Below are positions 17,979 through 29,400 of a stretch of DNA of 64,000 bases, piece by piece. This stretch comes from Alphaproteobacteria bacterium (GTDB lineage Bacteria; Pseudomonadota; Alphaproteobacteria; RF32; CAG-239), in the NCBI GenBank assembly GCA_017444525.1, contig JAFSWL010000044.1, positions 25,499 through 89,498 of the forward strand, given 5' to 3'. The notes under the pieces are model-generated. The model did not search any database. It had not been told where the DNA came from and saw nothing but the letters and a program-made list of their open reading frames with translations. Within the stretch, counting starts at the first letter, position 1; every line of letters starts with the position of its first letter. The translations under genes were made by a program, and so were the position numbers.

Positions 17979-19283
17979 CTAATCAAATCTACGACTTTCA
18001 GTCGGTGCATAATCACTGAGAGAATTACGGTTGAGCTCTTGCTTCAATGTTTTGTCAACCTTGGGCGATTTCGGAAGCGGGAATACTTTTGCACCACCAA
18101 AATCAACAGCTTCTTCTTCCATTTGCTTTTTTCTCTCAAGCTCATGGCGCAGATGCTCTTTTTTCTTCATATCTTTTTCGGCACGTATACGAGCCAGCTC
18201 TTGCGCTTCTTCGTATTCTTTCGCCGGATGATTATACTTTATGATTGAACTTACATTCGGTGCCGGAACATGATTTGGATCAATAACCGGAGTCATACCG
18301 AAAGGCGAGAGTTGAGCCGGAGCTGCAGCAGCCGGAGTTGCGGCAGCCGGAGCGGCATAAGGCATCGGAACTGTCGGTAATGGGATAAATTGTCCGGTAT
18401 AAGCATTATAAATGTATTGACCGCCTATTTGTACAGGTTGCGCTACCGGAACCGGAGCTTGCGGCGAGCTTATTGGCGGAGTCGGTACGGTCTGTGCTTC
18501 CGGAGCAGAAACATTTGTCGGTGCTGTGGCTTGCTCCGAAAACGTATTGCCCTCGCTAATCGGAAAATCTTTAGCCTCTATAGTTACGTCGTTAGGCAAG
18601 CGCAGCATCATATAGCCGCTACCGCCGCCATAAGCCGGACCGGACAAACCAATTGAATAAAATCCACCGATATAACCATAATCCATATCAATGTAATCAA
18701 TGGCAAACATGGTTTGTATGGTGGTGGTACCGATGGTTGTCATGCGGCAGCTGTAACCGTTATCCTGAATCAAAACATTATTAACATTTTTAACATGCAA
18801 CAAAGTTTTACTCGGACGGCAAGTCGGAGTTTGACCATTATAAGTTACATTCCAGTTTAAAATCAAATTCAGAGCCATAGTATTCTGCGGACTAACTGAA
18901 ACATCGGTGATTTTTACATCATCAATATACATATAAGCCGGAGTTACGCCCACCGTAATTGGTACCGAAACATATTCTTCGGTACATGAGTGAGTTTGAG
19001 CGTTGGCCTCGCAAACCAAAGCTTTCTGTCGTGCATTGCTGTCAAATAAATGCAATAAAGTATTGAAAATATATTCCTTGGACTGAGACAATTTTGCCGG
19101 TGCGCATTGTTTGGAGCGACAAACGATAATTGAAGTCGGCATCTGTAGCTGCGGTTGTGCCGCTTGCTGTATTTGCGGCTGCGGCTGTATATTCGGCATC
19201 TGTTCGGTATACTGTGCCTGTGCTGTATGTGTGCCGACGGTAAACATACCGATAACTGTGAGAAATCCTATTTGTTTTAACAT
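17979..19283 (-). CDS. Secreted Pro/Gln/Ala-rich protein with a Lys/Glu-rich C-terminal tail. Function unknown.
   Basis: Signal peptide MLKQIGFLTVIGMFTVGTHTAQA. Low-complexity PQPQIQQAAQPQLQ and PAAATPAAAAPAQ tracts flank a globular middle region. The C-terminus is AEKDMKKKEHLRHELERKKQMEEE. Confidence 0.75.
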   Translation of the reverse strand: MLKQIGFLTVIGMFTVGTHTAQAQYTEQMPNIQPQPQIQQAAQPQLQMPTSIIVCRSKQCAPAKLSQSKEYIFNTLLHLFDSNARQKALVCEANAQTHSCTEEYVSVPITVGVTPAYMYIDDVKITDVSVSPQNTMALNLILNWNVTYNGQTPTCRPSKTLLHVKNVNNVLIQDNGYSCRMTTIGTTTIQTMFAIDYIDMDYGYIGGFYSIGLSGPAYGGGSGYMMLRLPNDVTIEAKDFPISEGNTFSEQATAPTNVSAPEAQTVPTPPISSPQAPVPVAQPVQIGGQYIYNAYTGQFIPLPTVPMPYAAPAAATPAAAAPAQLSPFGMTPVIDPNHVPAPNVSSIIKYNHPAKEYEEAQELARIRAEKDMKKKEHLRHELERKKQMEEEAVDFGGAKVFPLPKSPKVDKTLKQELNRNSLSDYAPTESRRFD

Positions 19284-19400
19284 CGCGATACCTTTTTCAA
19301 ATAAGCTTATAATTCTTTAGGCTACAATAACAGGATAATATGAATGAAAAGTAAATAAAATTATGATTGAACAAAAAAAATTATAAAGTATAATGCAGTC

Positions 19401-19922
19401 ATGATGAAATATTTAAAATTTTTGAGCGCGGTTATGCTGTTATTTGCCGTTATTTCTTCTGCCGCCGCAGCTAAGAGATATAAGGCTGTCGACGGCGATT
19501 CGCTGGAACAAGCGGAGAGACGTATTCGTTTGGATGGTATAGATGCACCGGAGTTTATACAAACTTGTTATAATGCTGATAATACGGAATATGCCTGCGG
19601 TTTAGAAGCCCTGCAATATTTGGAAAAACTGTTGCAAAATAGTTCCGTACATTGTGAATGCGCTGTTCAGAAAGATAAATACGGACGCGAAATTTGCGAA
19701 TGTTTTGCTGATGATATATCTATCAATCAAGCCATGGTGTTTGGTGGTTATGCCGTAAATTATCGCAAAGATGAATATATTGAAGCCGAGCATAACGCCA
19801 GAGAAAACAAGCGCGGAATATGGCGCGGAAAATTTATGCGTCCGGCACTGTTTCGCACTTTGGAACGCTTAAAAAGCAAAGCCGCTGCAAAAAAGTATTC
19901 CGCGGCGGCTGATTGTGAATGA
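19401..19922 (+). CDS. Secreted thermonuclease (staphylococcal nuclease, SNase-like) family protein
   Basis: Signal peptide followed by VDGDSLE...IRLDGIDAPE...DKYGREI...NQAMVFGGYA...AEHNARENKRGIW, the SNase-fold motif order. Confidence 0.8.
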   Translation: MMKYLKFLSAVMLLFAVISSAAAAKRYKAVDGDSLEQAERRIRLDGIDAPEFIQTCYNADNTEYACGLEALQYLEKLLQNSSVHCECAVQKDKYGREICECFADDISINQAMVFGGYAVNYRKDEYIEAEHNARENKRGIWRGKFMRPALFRTLERLKSKAAAKKYSAAADCE

Positions 19923-19928
19923 TACTCT

Positions 19929-20114
19929 TTACTTGATCATATAGGCAAACAAAGCATAGCACGCCGCTATTCCGATAACAATTTGTACAACCGTTACCAA
20001 AATTGGCAGAAAACCAAAAACAGCAGTTACCAAATCAAATTTGAAAGCACCTACCAAGCCCCAGTTAATGCCGCCGATCAATGCTAAAAATAAAGCTACT
20101 CTTTTTAAAGTCAT
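19929..20114 (-). CDS. DUF378-family small membrane protein
   Basis: LALIGGINWGLVGAFKFDLV is typical of DUF378. AGGAGA RBS before the ATG at 20114. Confidence 0.75.
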   Translation of the reverse strand: MTLKRVALFLALIGGINWGLVGAFKFDLVTAVFGFLPILVTVVQIVIGIAACYALFAYMIK

Positions 20115-20246
20115 TTTATTTCTCCTAAATGTTGAACACATAGCCGAAAATATATTGTTCAAAGTTTAACTTTGTGTAAAAAAATATAATATCGTTGCGT
20201 AAAAATGCAACCTCGTCTATACATATTTTATATTGAAAGGATAAAA

Positions 20247-20732
20247 ATGTCGGAAAAATTTGCTCTTATAATTGCTACATATTTTGGATTGGGACTTTCA
20301 CCGAAAGCTCCGGGAACGGTCGGTTCAATCGGAACTTTACCATTGGCATTTCTACTGTGTTATTTCTTTGGCGCACTCGGAATTATTGTGGTGGCAATTC
20401 CGATAGCCGTTGTCGGGATTTGCGCAACCGATGTATTGATTCGAGATTCGGCTGAAAAGGATCCGGGCAAGGTTGTGATTGACGAGGTTGCAGGGCAATT
20501 GTTGGCATTTTTATTTGTAGCTGATGCATTGCGCGCTAATACGTCAGACTGGTGGTTATATTTAGTCGGTTTGGCCGCTTTCCGCTTTTTTGATATATGC
20601 AAAATGGGACCGGTTAAATGGTTTGATTCCAAAATGAAAAATGCCATCGGAGTAATGATGGACGACATCTGTGCCGGCTTATTGGCGGCAGTGCTTGTAT
20701 GGGGTGTCAGAACCTATATTTACGCCAATTAA
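20247..20732 (+). CDS. pgpA: Phosphatidylglycerophosphatase A
   Basis: YFGLGLSPKAPGTVGS...DPGKVVIDEVAGQ are PgpA signature blocks. Confidence 0.9.
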   Translation: MSEKFALIIATYFGLGLSPKAPGTVGSIGTLPLAFLLCYFFGALGIIVVAIPIAVVGICATDVLIRDSAEKDPGKVVIDEVAGQLLAFLFVADALRANTSDWWLYLVGLAAFRFFDICKMGPVKWFDSKMKNAIGVMMDDICAGLLAAVLVWGVRTYIYAN

Positions 20733-21403
20733 ATATTTGCAATCAGCTCGAAAAATTGGGATATTCTTTGCCGGAGAGAAAAAACATATTGTCGCAAATG
20801 CTGGTGGTGGCGCACGCTCCTTCTTGTCCGCTCGGTGTACAGCAATCGTCGTTTTATTCATTCCGCTCGGCATACGACGGGAAGGGCGAAACCGGTTGGG
20901 GAATCTTACCGGAATATATCCGCAAACGCAAACGCGAAGAAAGGATTCGCTTTGCCGCAGACCAGAACGGCGATGTTAAAAGAGCGGCGCAGAATCGCTA
21001 TTTGGAAATGAAACCTTCTTATTTGGAAAAAAAGCGCTTATTCGTAATCAAACAAAAACATCCGTGGATGAATGATGATGACGGACCGTTTATGACCAAT
21101 CCGGACGAACACGGCGATATAACGTATGGCAACCCTAACCAGACGCAGGACGGCAAGTGTATGATGTTTTTCAGCCGTAATCTGATGATAAACGGTGTAA
21201 AAAATGCTCTTGATAACAATGATAAGTTTACACCGTTACCGCCGCTTGAGGAACTGATAAAGGTGCGTGACGCGAATATGGATGCGCAAGAGCGTCATAA
21301 TTTTAATGCCAAGCTGTCGTCCGTATATAAAAATCTCTGTGACAACGGCAAAAAATTGATTGCCGAAGTGGTTAATGATTATAAATCCGGCGGTCGACAA
21401 TAA
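20699..21403 (+). CDS. Hypothetical protein, start uncertain
   Basis: Long ORF with coding-like composition in its last two thirds. The ATG at 20699 overlaps pgpA by 34 nt. Alternatives are the TTG at 20789 (GGAGAG 10 nt upstream) or the ATG at 20798. I recognise no motif. Confidence 0.5.
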   Translation: MGCQNLYLRQLNICNQLEKLGYSLPERKNILSQMLVVAHAPSCPLGVQQSSFYSFRSAYDGKGETGWGILPEYIRKRKREERIRFAADQNGDVKRAAQNRYLEMKPSYLEKKRLFVIKQKHPWMNDDDGPFMTNPDEHGDITYGNPNQTQDGKCMMFFSRNLMINGVKNALDNNDKFTPLPPLEELIKVRDANMDAQERHNFNAKLSSVYKNLCDNGKKLIAEVVNDYKSGGRQ

Positions 21404-21410
21404 CTCAAGA

Positions 21411-22655
21411 TTATAAATAAGAATCTTTCATCCACTCGGCAACGGCGGAATCTTTCGCTTTTTCAAACACCTCATTTAAATAGGCCTCTATCAGAATTTG
21501 GCGCGCCTCTTGCAGCGGAATACCGCGTGCTTGCATATAAAACAGCTGTTCTGCGTCCAAATCTCCGCTGGCAGCACCGTGCGAACACTTCACGTCATCG
21601 GCAAAAATCTCTAACTCCGGTTTGCAGTCAACTTCCGCCTCATCACTCAATACCAGAGCGCGGTGGAGCTGATAGCCTGTTGTTTGCTGAGCGTCGGGCG
21701 CAATATGAATCTGCCCTTGAAAAACTCCTTTGGCTTTACCGTCAAGCACACCTTTTACCAACTGGTCGGAGTTCGTGTGCGGTGCCAAATGACGAATATT
21801 GGTGGTAATATCACTGATGCCGTTTTGCTCCAAACGATAAACTCCGTTGATTTCAGCAGCGGCATTTTCCTGCGTTAAGCGCACATAACTTTCAGTACGT
21901 GCCAATGTGCATTCGCCATGAACAATAAAAGCATTATATTGTCCATCGGCTTTGATCAGAACACTGTTCAGAGCCACGTGGTGCGCTTTTTGCGCCTCGT
22001 TTTGCTGTTTATAATGTTGCAAAATTGCGCCGGTACCGACATAAATCTCATTTACAATATTATCAAAATACTGTGCATCATTTTCCCCATCAAAATGCTC
22101 AATCAACGTGGCTTTTGCCCCTTTCTCGACCACAACGATGTTACGGATGTTGCTCAGGCGGTTCACATCGTGGTGTTGGTGATAATGCAAATAAATCGGC
22201 ATATTAAGAACTGTGCCGGCGGTAATGACGATAAATAATCCTTCATCCAAAAAAGCCGTATTGAGCGCAGCAAAAGGGAACTCTTCCATATCAAAAGATT
22301 TATTAAGATACGGTTTTATTTCGCCGTCTTCTATTGCTTCATACAGCGGGCGAATAATAACGCCGCACGGCAAATCATGGGCAATATGCGTCAGCTTGCC
22401 GTTGCAATATTTTATATCAACGGCCAAAAACGGCAGATTGCTTTCATCGTGACAATGGCCATCGCATTGATGCGGTGTGCTGTCAATTTGCGGCTTATTG
22501 AGTGCATCTTCCTTAAAATAAGAGTATTTCCACGCTTCGGTTTTGGCGGTGGGTAATCCGATTCGCGCAAATATGGTGCATGCCTTTTCACGTAATCCTT
22601 CGAACCACGGAATATTCTCGCCGAACAACGCTGTATTTTGTTTTAGCAAACTCAT
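21411..22655 (-). CDS. sufD: Fe-S cluster assembly protein SufD
   Basis: Position after sufC and SufD-like C-terminal beta-helix sequence (KPELEIFADDVKCSHGAASG). Confidence 0.92.
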   Translation of the reverse strand: MSLLKQNTALFGENIPWFEGLREKACTIFARIGLPTAKTEAWKYSYFKEDALNKPQIDSTPHQCDGHCHDESNLPFLAVDIKYCNGKLTHIAHDLPCGVIIRPLYEAIEDGEIKPYLNKSFDMEEFPFAALNTAFLDEGLFIVITAGTVLNMPIYLHYHQHHDVNRLSNIRNIVVVEKGAKATLIEHFDGENDAQYFDNIVNEIYVGTGAILQHYKQQNEAQKAHHVALNSVLIKADGQYNAFIVHGECTLARTESYVRLTQENAAAEINGVYRLEQNGISDITTNIRHLAPHTNSDQLVKGVLDGKAKGVFQGQIHIAPDAQQTTGYQLHRALVLSDEAEVDCKPELEIFADDVKCSHGAASGDLDAEQLFYMQARGIPLQEARQILIEAYLNEVFEKAKDSAVAEWMKDSYL

Positions 22656-23419
22656 ATTGACGCTTCCAGATAGTTTTTGTAACCGCTTGTTTCCAATTCT
22701 TCCGCCAGCGCCATACCGCCGGTTCTGATAATGTGTCCGTCCGCATAAATATGCACAAAATCCGGCTTAATTTGCCGTAACAAATCGAGATGGTGCGTAA
22801 TAATCAAAAGAGAATTGTCATTGTTATGCCATTGATTAACCCCATTTGCCACGATTTTTAGTGCATCGATATCCAATCCCGAATCTGCCTCATCCAAAAT
22901 GGCGAGTTTCGGTTGCAACAGGCTGAGTTGCAAAATTTCCAGTCGCTTTTTCTCGCCGCCGGAGAAACCGACGTTTATTTCACGTTTAAGCATATCGGCG
23001 CTGACCTCAAATTCTTTTGCTTTGGAGCGGAGCAGTTTCAAAAATTCGGCGGTATCCAACTCCGGTAAGTTATTGTATTTACGCACGGCATTGACGGCGT
23101 GTTTCAAAAAAAACTGTGTGGTCACTCCCGGAATTTCCACCGGTGCCTGCATACTCAAAAAAATGCCCAGTGCGGCGCGCTCTTCCGGTTTAAGTGCGGT
23201 TAAATCATGCCCGCAAAAATGCATACTGCCGCCGGTAACGGTATAATCCGGTTTGCCGGTCAAAACATACGAAAGAGTAGATTTTCCGGCACCGTTCGGT
23301 CCCATAATGGCATGAGTTTCGCCGGAATTAATTGTCAAATTCAAATGTTTGATGATTTCCTTGCCGCTTTCGGTGATTCCTGCGGATAAATCTTTTATTT
23401 CAAGCAGTTTTGGCGTCAT
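22652..23419 (-). CDS. sufC: Fe-S cluster assembly ATPase SufC
   Basis: Walker A GPNGAGKST and ABC signature FSGGEKKR. Start chosen at MTPKLLEIKDL (ATG 23419), which has an AAGGA RBS. Confidence 0.93.
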   Translation of the reverse strand: MTPKLLEIKDLSAGITESGKEIIKHLNLTINSGETHAIMGPNGAGKSTLSYVLTGKPDYTVTGGSMHFCGHDLTALKPEERAALGIFLSMQAPVEIPGVTTQFFLKHAVNAVRKYNNLPELDTAEFLKLLRSKAKEFEVSADMLKREINVGFSGGEKKRLEILQLSLLQPKLAILDEADSGLDIDALKIVANGVNQWHNNDNSLLIITHHLDLLRQIKPDFVHIYADGHIIRTGGMALAEELETSGYKNYLEASI

Positions 23420-23717
23420 TTTCTTTTTCCTTTTGTTCCCAATCATCGAGCCGCTTTTCGATAACTTTCAACTTTTCGGCCTTATAGGCGCGAATTTTAT
23501 CGGTAATTCCATAGCAGCATTTCAGCTGACCGAGCATAATTTCCACATCGGCGGCTTCTTCAATAATTTCATCGACATTATCTTTTTTGCGGTTGACATT
23601 TTTCAAAATTTCTTTAATCAGTTCGCTCATTTCTTCGATAACTTGCAACATTTGCGGCTCTTTTCCCCAAACCCGCAAAGCACGCTTATACAATTCTTCT
23701 TCCTTGATTTCCGACAT
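23400..23717 (-). CDS. Small all-alpha MazG-like NTP pyrophosphohydrolase-domain protein (putative) inserted between sufB and sufC
   Basis: 105 aa with paired acidic motifs EEMSELIKE and EEAADVEIM, as in MazG-type domains. Its ATG shares one base with the sufB stop (TAATG), and its 3' end overlaps the sufC start by 20 nt. Confidence 0.5.
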   Translation of the reverse strand: MSEIKEEELYKRALRVWGKEPQMLQVIEEMSELIKEILKNVNRKKDNVDEIIEEAADVEIMLGQLKCCYGITDKIRAYKAEKLKVIEKRLDDWEQKEKENDAKTA

Positions 23718-25162
23718 TATCCGATACTTCCTTCCAAGCTGATATTAATAAGTTTTCCGGCCTCAATGGCAAATTCCATCGGCAGTTTTTGCATAACTTC
23801 CTTGCAGAAACCGTTGACGATAAGTCCGACGGCTTCTTCTTCTTTTATACCGCGCTGCTGGCAATAGAACAGTTGTTCCGCACTGATTTTGGAGGTGGTC
23901 GCTTCGTGTTCCAAAACCGCGGATTTATTGCGGTTGCGGATATACGGTACGGTATGCGAGCCGCAAGTTGAACCGATGAGTAAACTGTCACATTGTGAGT
24001 AATTGCGGGCATTTTTGGCACCGGCGGCAATATCCACCAACCCGCGGTAAGTTTGATTGGAAAATCCGGCAGAAATCCCTTTGGAAATGATTTTGGAACG
24101 GGTATTCTTTCCCAAATGAATCATCTTGGTACCGGTATCGGCTTGTTGCCGATTGTTGGTAATTGCCACCGAATAAAATTCGCCGACCGAATTGTCTCCC
24201 TGTAAAATGCATGACGGATATTTCCATGTTACTGCCGAGCCTGTCTCCACCTGTGTCCACGAAATTTTGGAATTGATACCGCGGCAAGCTGCCCGCTTGG
24301 TTACAAAATTATATACTCCGCCGTTGCCATCCTTATCTCCCGGATACCAGTTTTGCACGGTGGAGTATTTAACTTCCGCATTGTTCATTACCACAATCTC
24401 TACAATCGCAGCATGGAGCTGATTTTCGTCGCGTTGCGGCGCAGTGCACCCCTCCAAATAAGAAACGTAACTGTCATCTTCCGCCACAATCAGAGTGCGC
24501 TCGAATTGTCCGGTGTTCTGTGCGTTGATGCGAAAATAAGTGGAAAGCTCCATTGGTGCCTTTATGCCTTTGGGAATATATACAAACGAACCGTCGGTAA
24601 ACACCGCGGAATTGAGACAGGCGTAAAAGTTATCGGTATACGGCACAACAGAACCCAAATATTTTTGCACTAAATCGGGATGATTTTGCACTGCTTCGGA
24701 AATAGAACAAAAAATAATACCTTGCTCTGCCAATTTAGCACGATATGTAGTCGCCACCGAAACGCTGTCAAACACCGCGTCAACAGCCACAACTCCGGCC
24801 AGAGCTTCTTGTTCTTTAAGCGGAATGCCGAGTTTATTGTAAGTTTCAAGCAATTTTTCATCAACATCCTTAAGACTTAGCGGATGCACTTTTTGCTTTG
24901 GCGCGGCATAATAGCTTAAATTCTGGAAATCAACAGCATTGTATTGCAACTTAGCCCAATGTGGCTCGCTTAATGTCAGCCAGTGGCGATATGCCTTAAG
25001 ACGACGCTCCAAAAGCCACTCCGGTTCATTCTTTTTGGCGGAAATCAGACGGATAATATCTTCGTTTAGACCATACGGCACAATATCGGCCTCTATATCA
25101 GTGGTAAAGCCGTATTTATATTTATCTCCGCCTAAATCTTCAATTTCTGGTCTTGATGCCAT
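23717..25162 (-). CDS. sufB: Fe-S cluster assembly scaffold SufB
   Basis: [19 protein letters not shown]...[12 protein letters not shown] is highly conserved SufB sequence. Confidence 0.96.
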   Translation of the reverse strand: MASRPEIEDLGGDKYKYGFTTDIEADIVPYGLNEDIIRLISAKKNEPEWLLERRLKAYRHWLTLSEPHWAKLQYNAVDFQNLSYYAAPKQKVHPLSLKDVDEKLLETYNKLGIPLKEQEALAGVVAVDAVFDSVSVATTYRAKLAEQGIIFCSISEAVQNHPDLVQKYLGSVVPYTDNFYACLNSAVFTDGSFVYIPKGIKAPMELSTYFRINAQNTGQFERTLIVAEDDSYVSYLEGCTAPQRDENQLHAAIVEIVVMNNAEVKYSTVQNWYPGDKDGNGGVYNFVTKRAACRGINSKISWTQVETGSAVTWKYPSCILQGDNSVGEFYSVAITNNRQQADTGTKMIHLGKNTRSKIISKGISAGFSNQTYRGLVDIAAGAKNARNYSQCDSLLIGSTCGSHTVPYIRNRNKSAVLEHEATTSKISAEQLFYCQQRGIKEEEAVGLIVNGFCKEVMQKLPMEFAIEAGKLINISLEGSIG

Positions 25163-25353
25163 TGTTCTGCCCTTAAAATCTGCCGCATCATAGCAAATAT
25201 GTCTGAAAAATCAAGAAAAAATATCGTTAATAAAAATTATAACCGAAATTGTAACAAAATATTCATATTTCTCTGCAAAAAAACACTGGAAAAAGTAAAA
25301 AAAATGTGTTAAAATCCACCTATGGTACTGGAACTTTATAAAAGGTAACTGTA

Positions 25354-26460
25354 ATGTATATATGGATATTATTGGCGACAATTATGGTGGCCTTAAGTTT
25401 TTTCAACGTTGCGCCGCGTGCCGATAAGGAACATGCGCTCAATGATATTAAGGCTGCAACCATTATAAACCGCTTTAATGCGGAACATTCTGCGCGCCTG
25501 CATACTTTGGAATGCGAAATCATATACAACAGAAATACCCAGAAAAACGGCGGAGGAGCCGGTTGGGATGGTGCCGATGGCATGCGCACAAGTTCTTATG
25601 CTCCGGTTAATGTAACCGGATATGAACCGGTTTATCAGGAATTTAATACCTATCTTCCGGTCGGATATTTAACCGGCAACAAAAAGAAAGACGGCAGCGG
25701 CAGCAATTATGCTACCGGTAACATGAAACAATTTGTTTATTGTCTGTCTCTGTCGGCCGAAGAAGACGCCGGTTCCAAACCGGATAGCGAAGTTTTTATC
25801 GCTTGCGATGCTCAGGATGATGCGCGCACCAAAAATATCGGTGAGCACCGCTATTTAGTTTCATTTGCTCCGATTCCGGAAAGGTGGCTGTCTAAAGATG
25901 GTAATCTTACGCCTTTGCCGACATTTGTTAATTTGTTATCGAATACCAGTGGCCGAGCAGCTTCTTTCGGTTGGCTCGAATATGTTGACGGCAAACCTAA
26001 ATTACATGGCGTAGGGGCAGCCGCTACGCGTGCCATCAGACTCCGAGAGAAAAGTCATACCTTTGATGATGAGCATAAAGACCGGTTTGAACAGCGTCTG
26101 GATGAAAATTACAACTACAAAGCAGATTTAAGCAGTAAACAGGCCGGTCACGAAAAACTGGTGGCGGAGAATATTTTGATTTCCGAAAATTCCGCTATAT
26201 GGCGTAATTCTGAGCTTGATGTGTGCAAAACAAAACCCTGTATGTTTGCTTATGAAGTATTTCCCAAAACCGATCCCGCATGTCATTGCTACAATATTTT
26301 GGAAAACTATTACGGTAGGGATCGCTTGAATTTAGCTCAGTGCTATAATGATACAAAGCATACGGAAATTGAAAACAATGATAAAATTAATGTCTTTAAG
26401 GATGAGACACTTAAAGACAGAGAATTAAGATATAAAAAATTTGAAAGTTATTTGAAGTAA
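25354..26460 (+). CDS. Bitopic membrane protein (368 aa), first gene of the giant pilin-like operon. Function unknown.
   Basis: The N-terminal anchor MYIWILLATIMVALSFF is followed by an AP...helix-like segment. The C-terminal part is Cys-rich. There is a stop codon 5 codons upstream in frame, so no hidden leader. A 34-nt gap separates it from the next gene. Confidence 0.7.
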   Translation: MYIWILLATIMVALSFFNVAPRADKEHALNDIKAATIINRFNAEHSARLHTLECEIIYNRNTQKNGGGAGWDGADGMRTSSYAPVNVTGYEPVYQEFNTYLPVGYLTGNKKKDGSGSNYATGNMKQFVYCLSLSAEEDAGSKPDSEVFIACDAQDDARTKNIGEHRYLVSFAPIPERWLSKDGNLTPLPTFVNLLSNTSGRAASFGWLEYVDGKPKLHGVGAAATRAIRLREKSHTFDDEHKDRFEQRLDENYNYKADLSSKQAGHEKLVAENILISENSAIWRNSELDVCKTKPCMFAYEVFPKTDPACHCYNILENYYGRDRLNLAQCYNDTKHTEIENNDKINVFKDETLKDRELRYKKFESYLK

Positions 26461-26494
26461 TATAACCGAATAAAGTGAATTAAGGAGAACGCTG

Positions 26495-29400
26495 ATGAAA
26501 AAGTTTAATAATAAATCCGTACTGGAGCGAGGTGGCTTGATGATAGAAGCCTTAGCCATGCTTGGTTTGATAGCAGTGGTTACCCCGACCATGTATAAAA
26601 AATCCGCGGAGAGGACGATGGAAGTTGAGGATATCAATACCGCGACTTCAATGCGCACGATTATGGGGGCGGCTGAATCATATATGTCATCTAATTACAA
26701 CGACATTATGAAAGTTATGGAAGAAGATACTTCGCATCAGCACACTATATCGGGCAGAAAAATCGGCGTTATGGATATTCCGATGGCGGATTTGACTCCT
26801 TATTTGCCTTATAAATTTAATGAAGAAGGTGAGCTATATAATTATAAGTCTCCGAAGATTCGTATTGTTCGTGCCGGTGACAATTTAACGGCGTTTGCAC
26901 TGTTTCCGGCTAAGGTAGACGGTGAACACGGCATCGGTCAAGAAAGAACGGTGCGTATAGCTTCACTTATCGGGGCTAACGGCGGTTATATCTCCAGCAA
27001 AGAAAATGAAGCCAAGCAAGCACGCGGTGTCGGCGGTGTGTGGAATTTGGACGGAGATTATTATTCAGCTGTATTTAACGGTGTTGAAACAGATAATCAA
27101 AATCAGTACTCTTTGGTTACATCTTCTTCCAATGTGGTTAATGGTGCCAATGCTATGGCAGAATCGGATCCGACTCAGTTTGTACAACGTACTAAACAAG
27201 AAGGTTCGGGCTGGCGCAATGCGATGCGTACTGATTTATATATGGGATCGGGGCCGGATAGCGCGCAAGATCCGGATGACCGCGAGCATCAAGATGACTT
27301 TTTCAGTATTTATAACGTGAATGAGATGATTATCGGTGCAGATCGTGATGCCAAACAAGAATTGCTTAAGGCTGTCAGAAATGAACCGGAAACCGCATTC
27401 AGTGCTGATCCGAGTAGCTATGGCTTATATGTAGCCGGCAGCGGTTCCAGAGGAGAGGGCGCCGGTAATGCTTATATCAAAGGTACATTGATTGCCGCCG
27501 GTAACAGATTGTGGGCCGGCAATGAAACACTTAAATATACAGGTACTAATCTGGAATTTGACGGCACTAACTTTAAAATCGGCAAAAATCAGACAGATGC
27601 CAGTAAAGATGCAGATAATTATGTTATGTCCGGTCATGCTGAAAAGGGTAAGAGCACACTTGATATTATGGGAGATAAAATTAATGTTGCGGAAGCCGGA
27701 GATATCGGGAACTATAAGCCTAAAAATGATGTTCAGAAGAAAGCAAATGTAGTAGTACATACTACCAACAAAGATACTCATACAACCGGAACGGTAAATC
27801 CTCCTGCATATTCAGCTGACAGCAAAGCACCGGATTTTGGCGTTGATATTGACGGCAATATGGTGGTTGAAGGTGTGTTGGCGGCAGGTCAGCTCGATGT
27901 TAACAACATCCGTACGGCTAATATTTCCGTAGGTTCGGAAAATATTGACGATGAATATAAGTGGATGGATGTTGATAAAAACGGTGTACACGTTCACCAG
28001 CCGGCAAGCGGTGCCTATAAAGGTACGCAGATTGAAGCGCGTGACAAACTTATTACCATGCGTGTCGGTTCAGATAATGCAATTGATAAAAATACCGACA
28101 GCAATGGTGTAGAGGCAGATAACGCGGCGCAAATCATCATGGATGGTGCAGATGCCGCAAATGGCAGTATTATCCAAAAGGTTAAGGGAACTAACGGCAA
28201 AATAGCGTTGGCCAACGACAATTTGGGCATCAATATAAAAAATCGGGCCATTACCATCGGCAATACCGATGCCGCCGGCACCACAAAAGATGATGCGACG
28301 CAATACTTTGTTGGTTTCGGCAAAGGCGGTAATATTCACATGACAAACAGCAATTTGAAAATTTCTGATGCCAACAATAATGCTTTGTTTACCGTCCGTG
28401 GTCTTGAGGATAGTAAAGAAGATCAAGGAATTGTTGATAATACAACGCGCAACAGTAGCCCGTATAACATCGCCGCACACGGCAACATCCTGTTTACGGA
28501 TGGACTGAATAATGGCAATTCCAGAGCTCGATATTTAGCAATGTCCAATAATGGAGACGGATTTGCGGCGGTAAACATTATCAAAGGAGATGCTGACGGT
28601 ACTATAAACACTGCCGGAACCGGTGTTGTGTATATTGATATGGATACAGGCAGCGAGAGCGCTTCTATGCAGGCTGTCAGTGGCACAGACTATCAAATAA
28701 AAGATGCCGGAGGCACGGTAAGGAGAAATGTTCAAGGAGGCTCAATTTATATTCGAAAGGGCTTGATTGATGTTGTGCCGGATAAGAACAATATCGGCCA
28801 AGTTGCTAAAACTCGCAATAATACCACCGGAGAGCTTACGGGGGTTACTGTTACTGGCGGCAATGACACTGCCGATCAAGGTAGGGGCGTTATTCGAGCC
28901 AGCCGCTTTGTGGCCAATAACATAACAACCGAAGGAAATCCGGTTAAAGTTCCGGCTTTCTTCACTCAAGCTAAATTGGAAGAATACAGCGGTTCCGGAA
29001 CAAATCGTTATGATACCTATATGGTTAATCCGGCCTATACGTCGGTGATGAACGATATTAAATTGGTGTCGCGCGGCGGCGCTCGTTTGAGCGATATTTT
29101 GCCGACGTTTATCACCAAAGGTATTTATACGGCTAAAAACAACTATTCCGAATTGGCTTTCCATGGCGACACCAGCGGTTCCGGCTCAAGCGGTCATGGC
29201 GTGTCGTTGGAACCATCCAACTTATTCTTAAAAGCGGATGGTACACTTAATATATATCAGCCGAGAACCGGATATACAAGTGATCCGGCCTCGCCGATTA
29301 TTGGTGTGGTGCCGGCTCCGCAGTGTCCTCCGGGATATGCGCGTATGATTACGGTTACTCCGGCCAGTATTCGTATGGCGGAAGCCGGTCGTTTCCGCAA

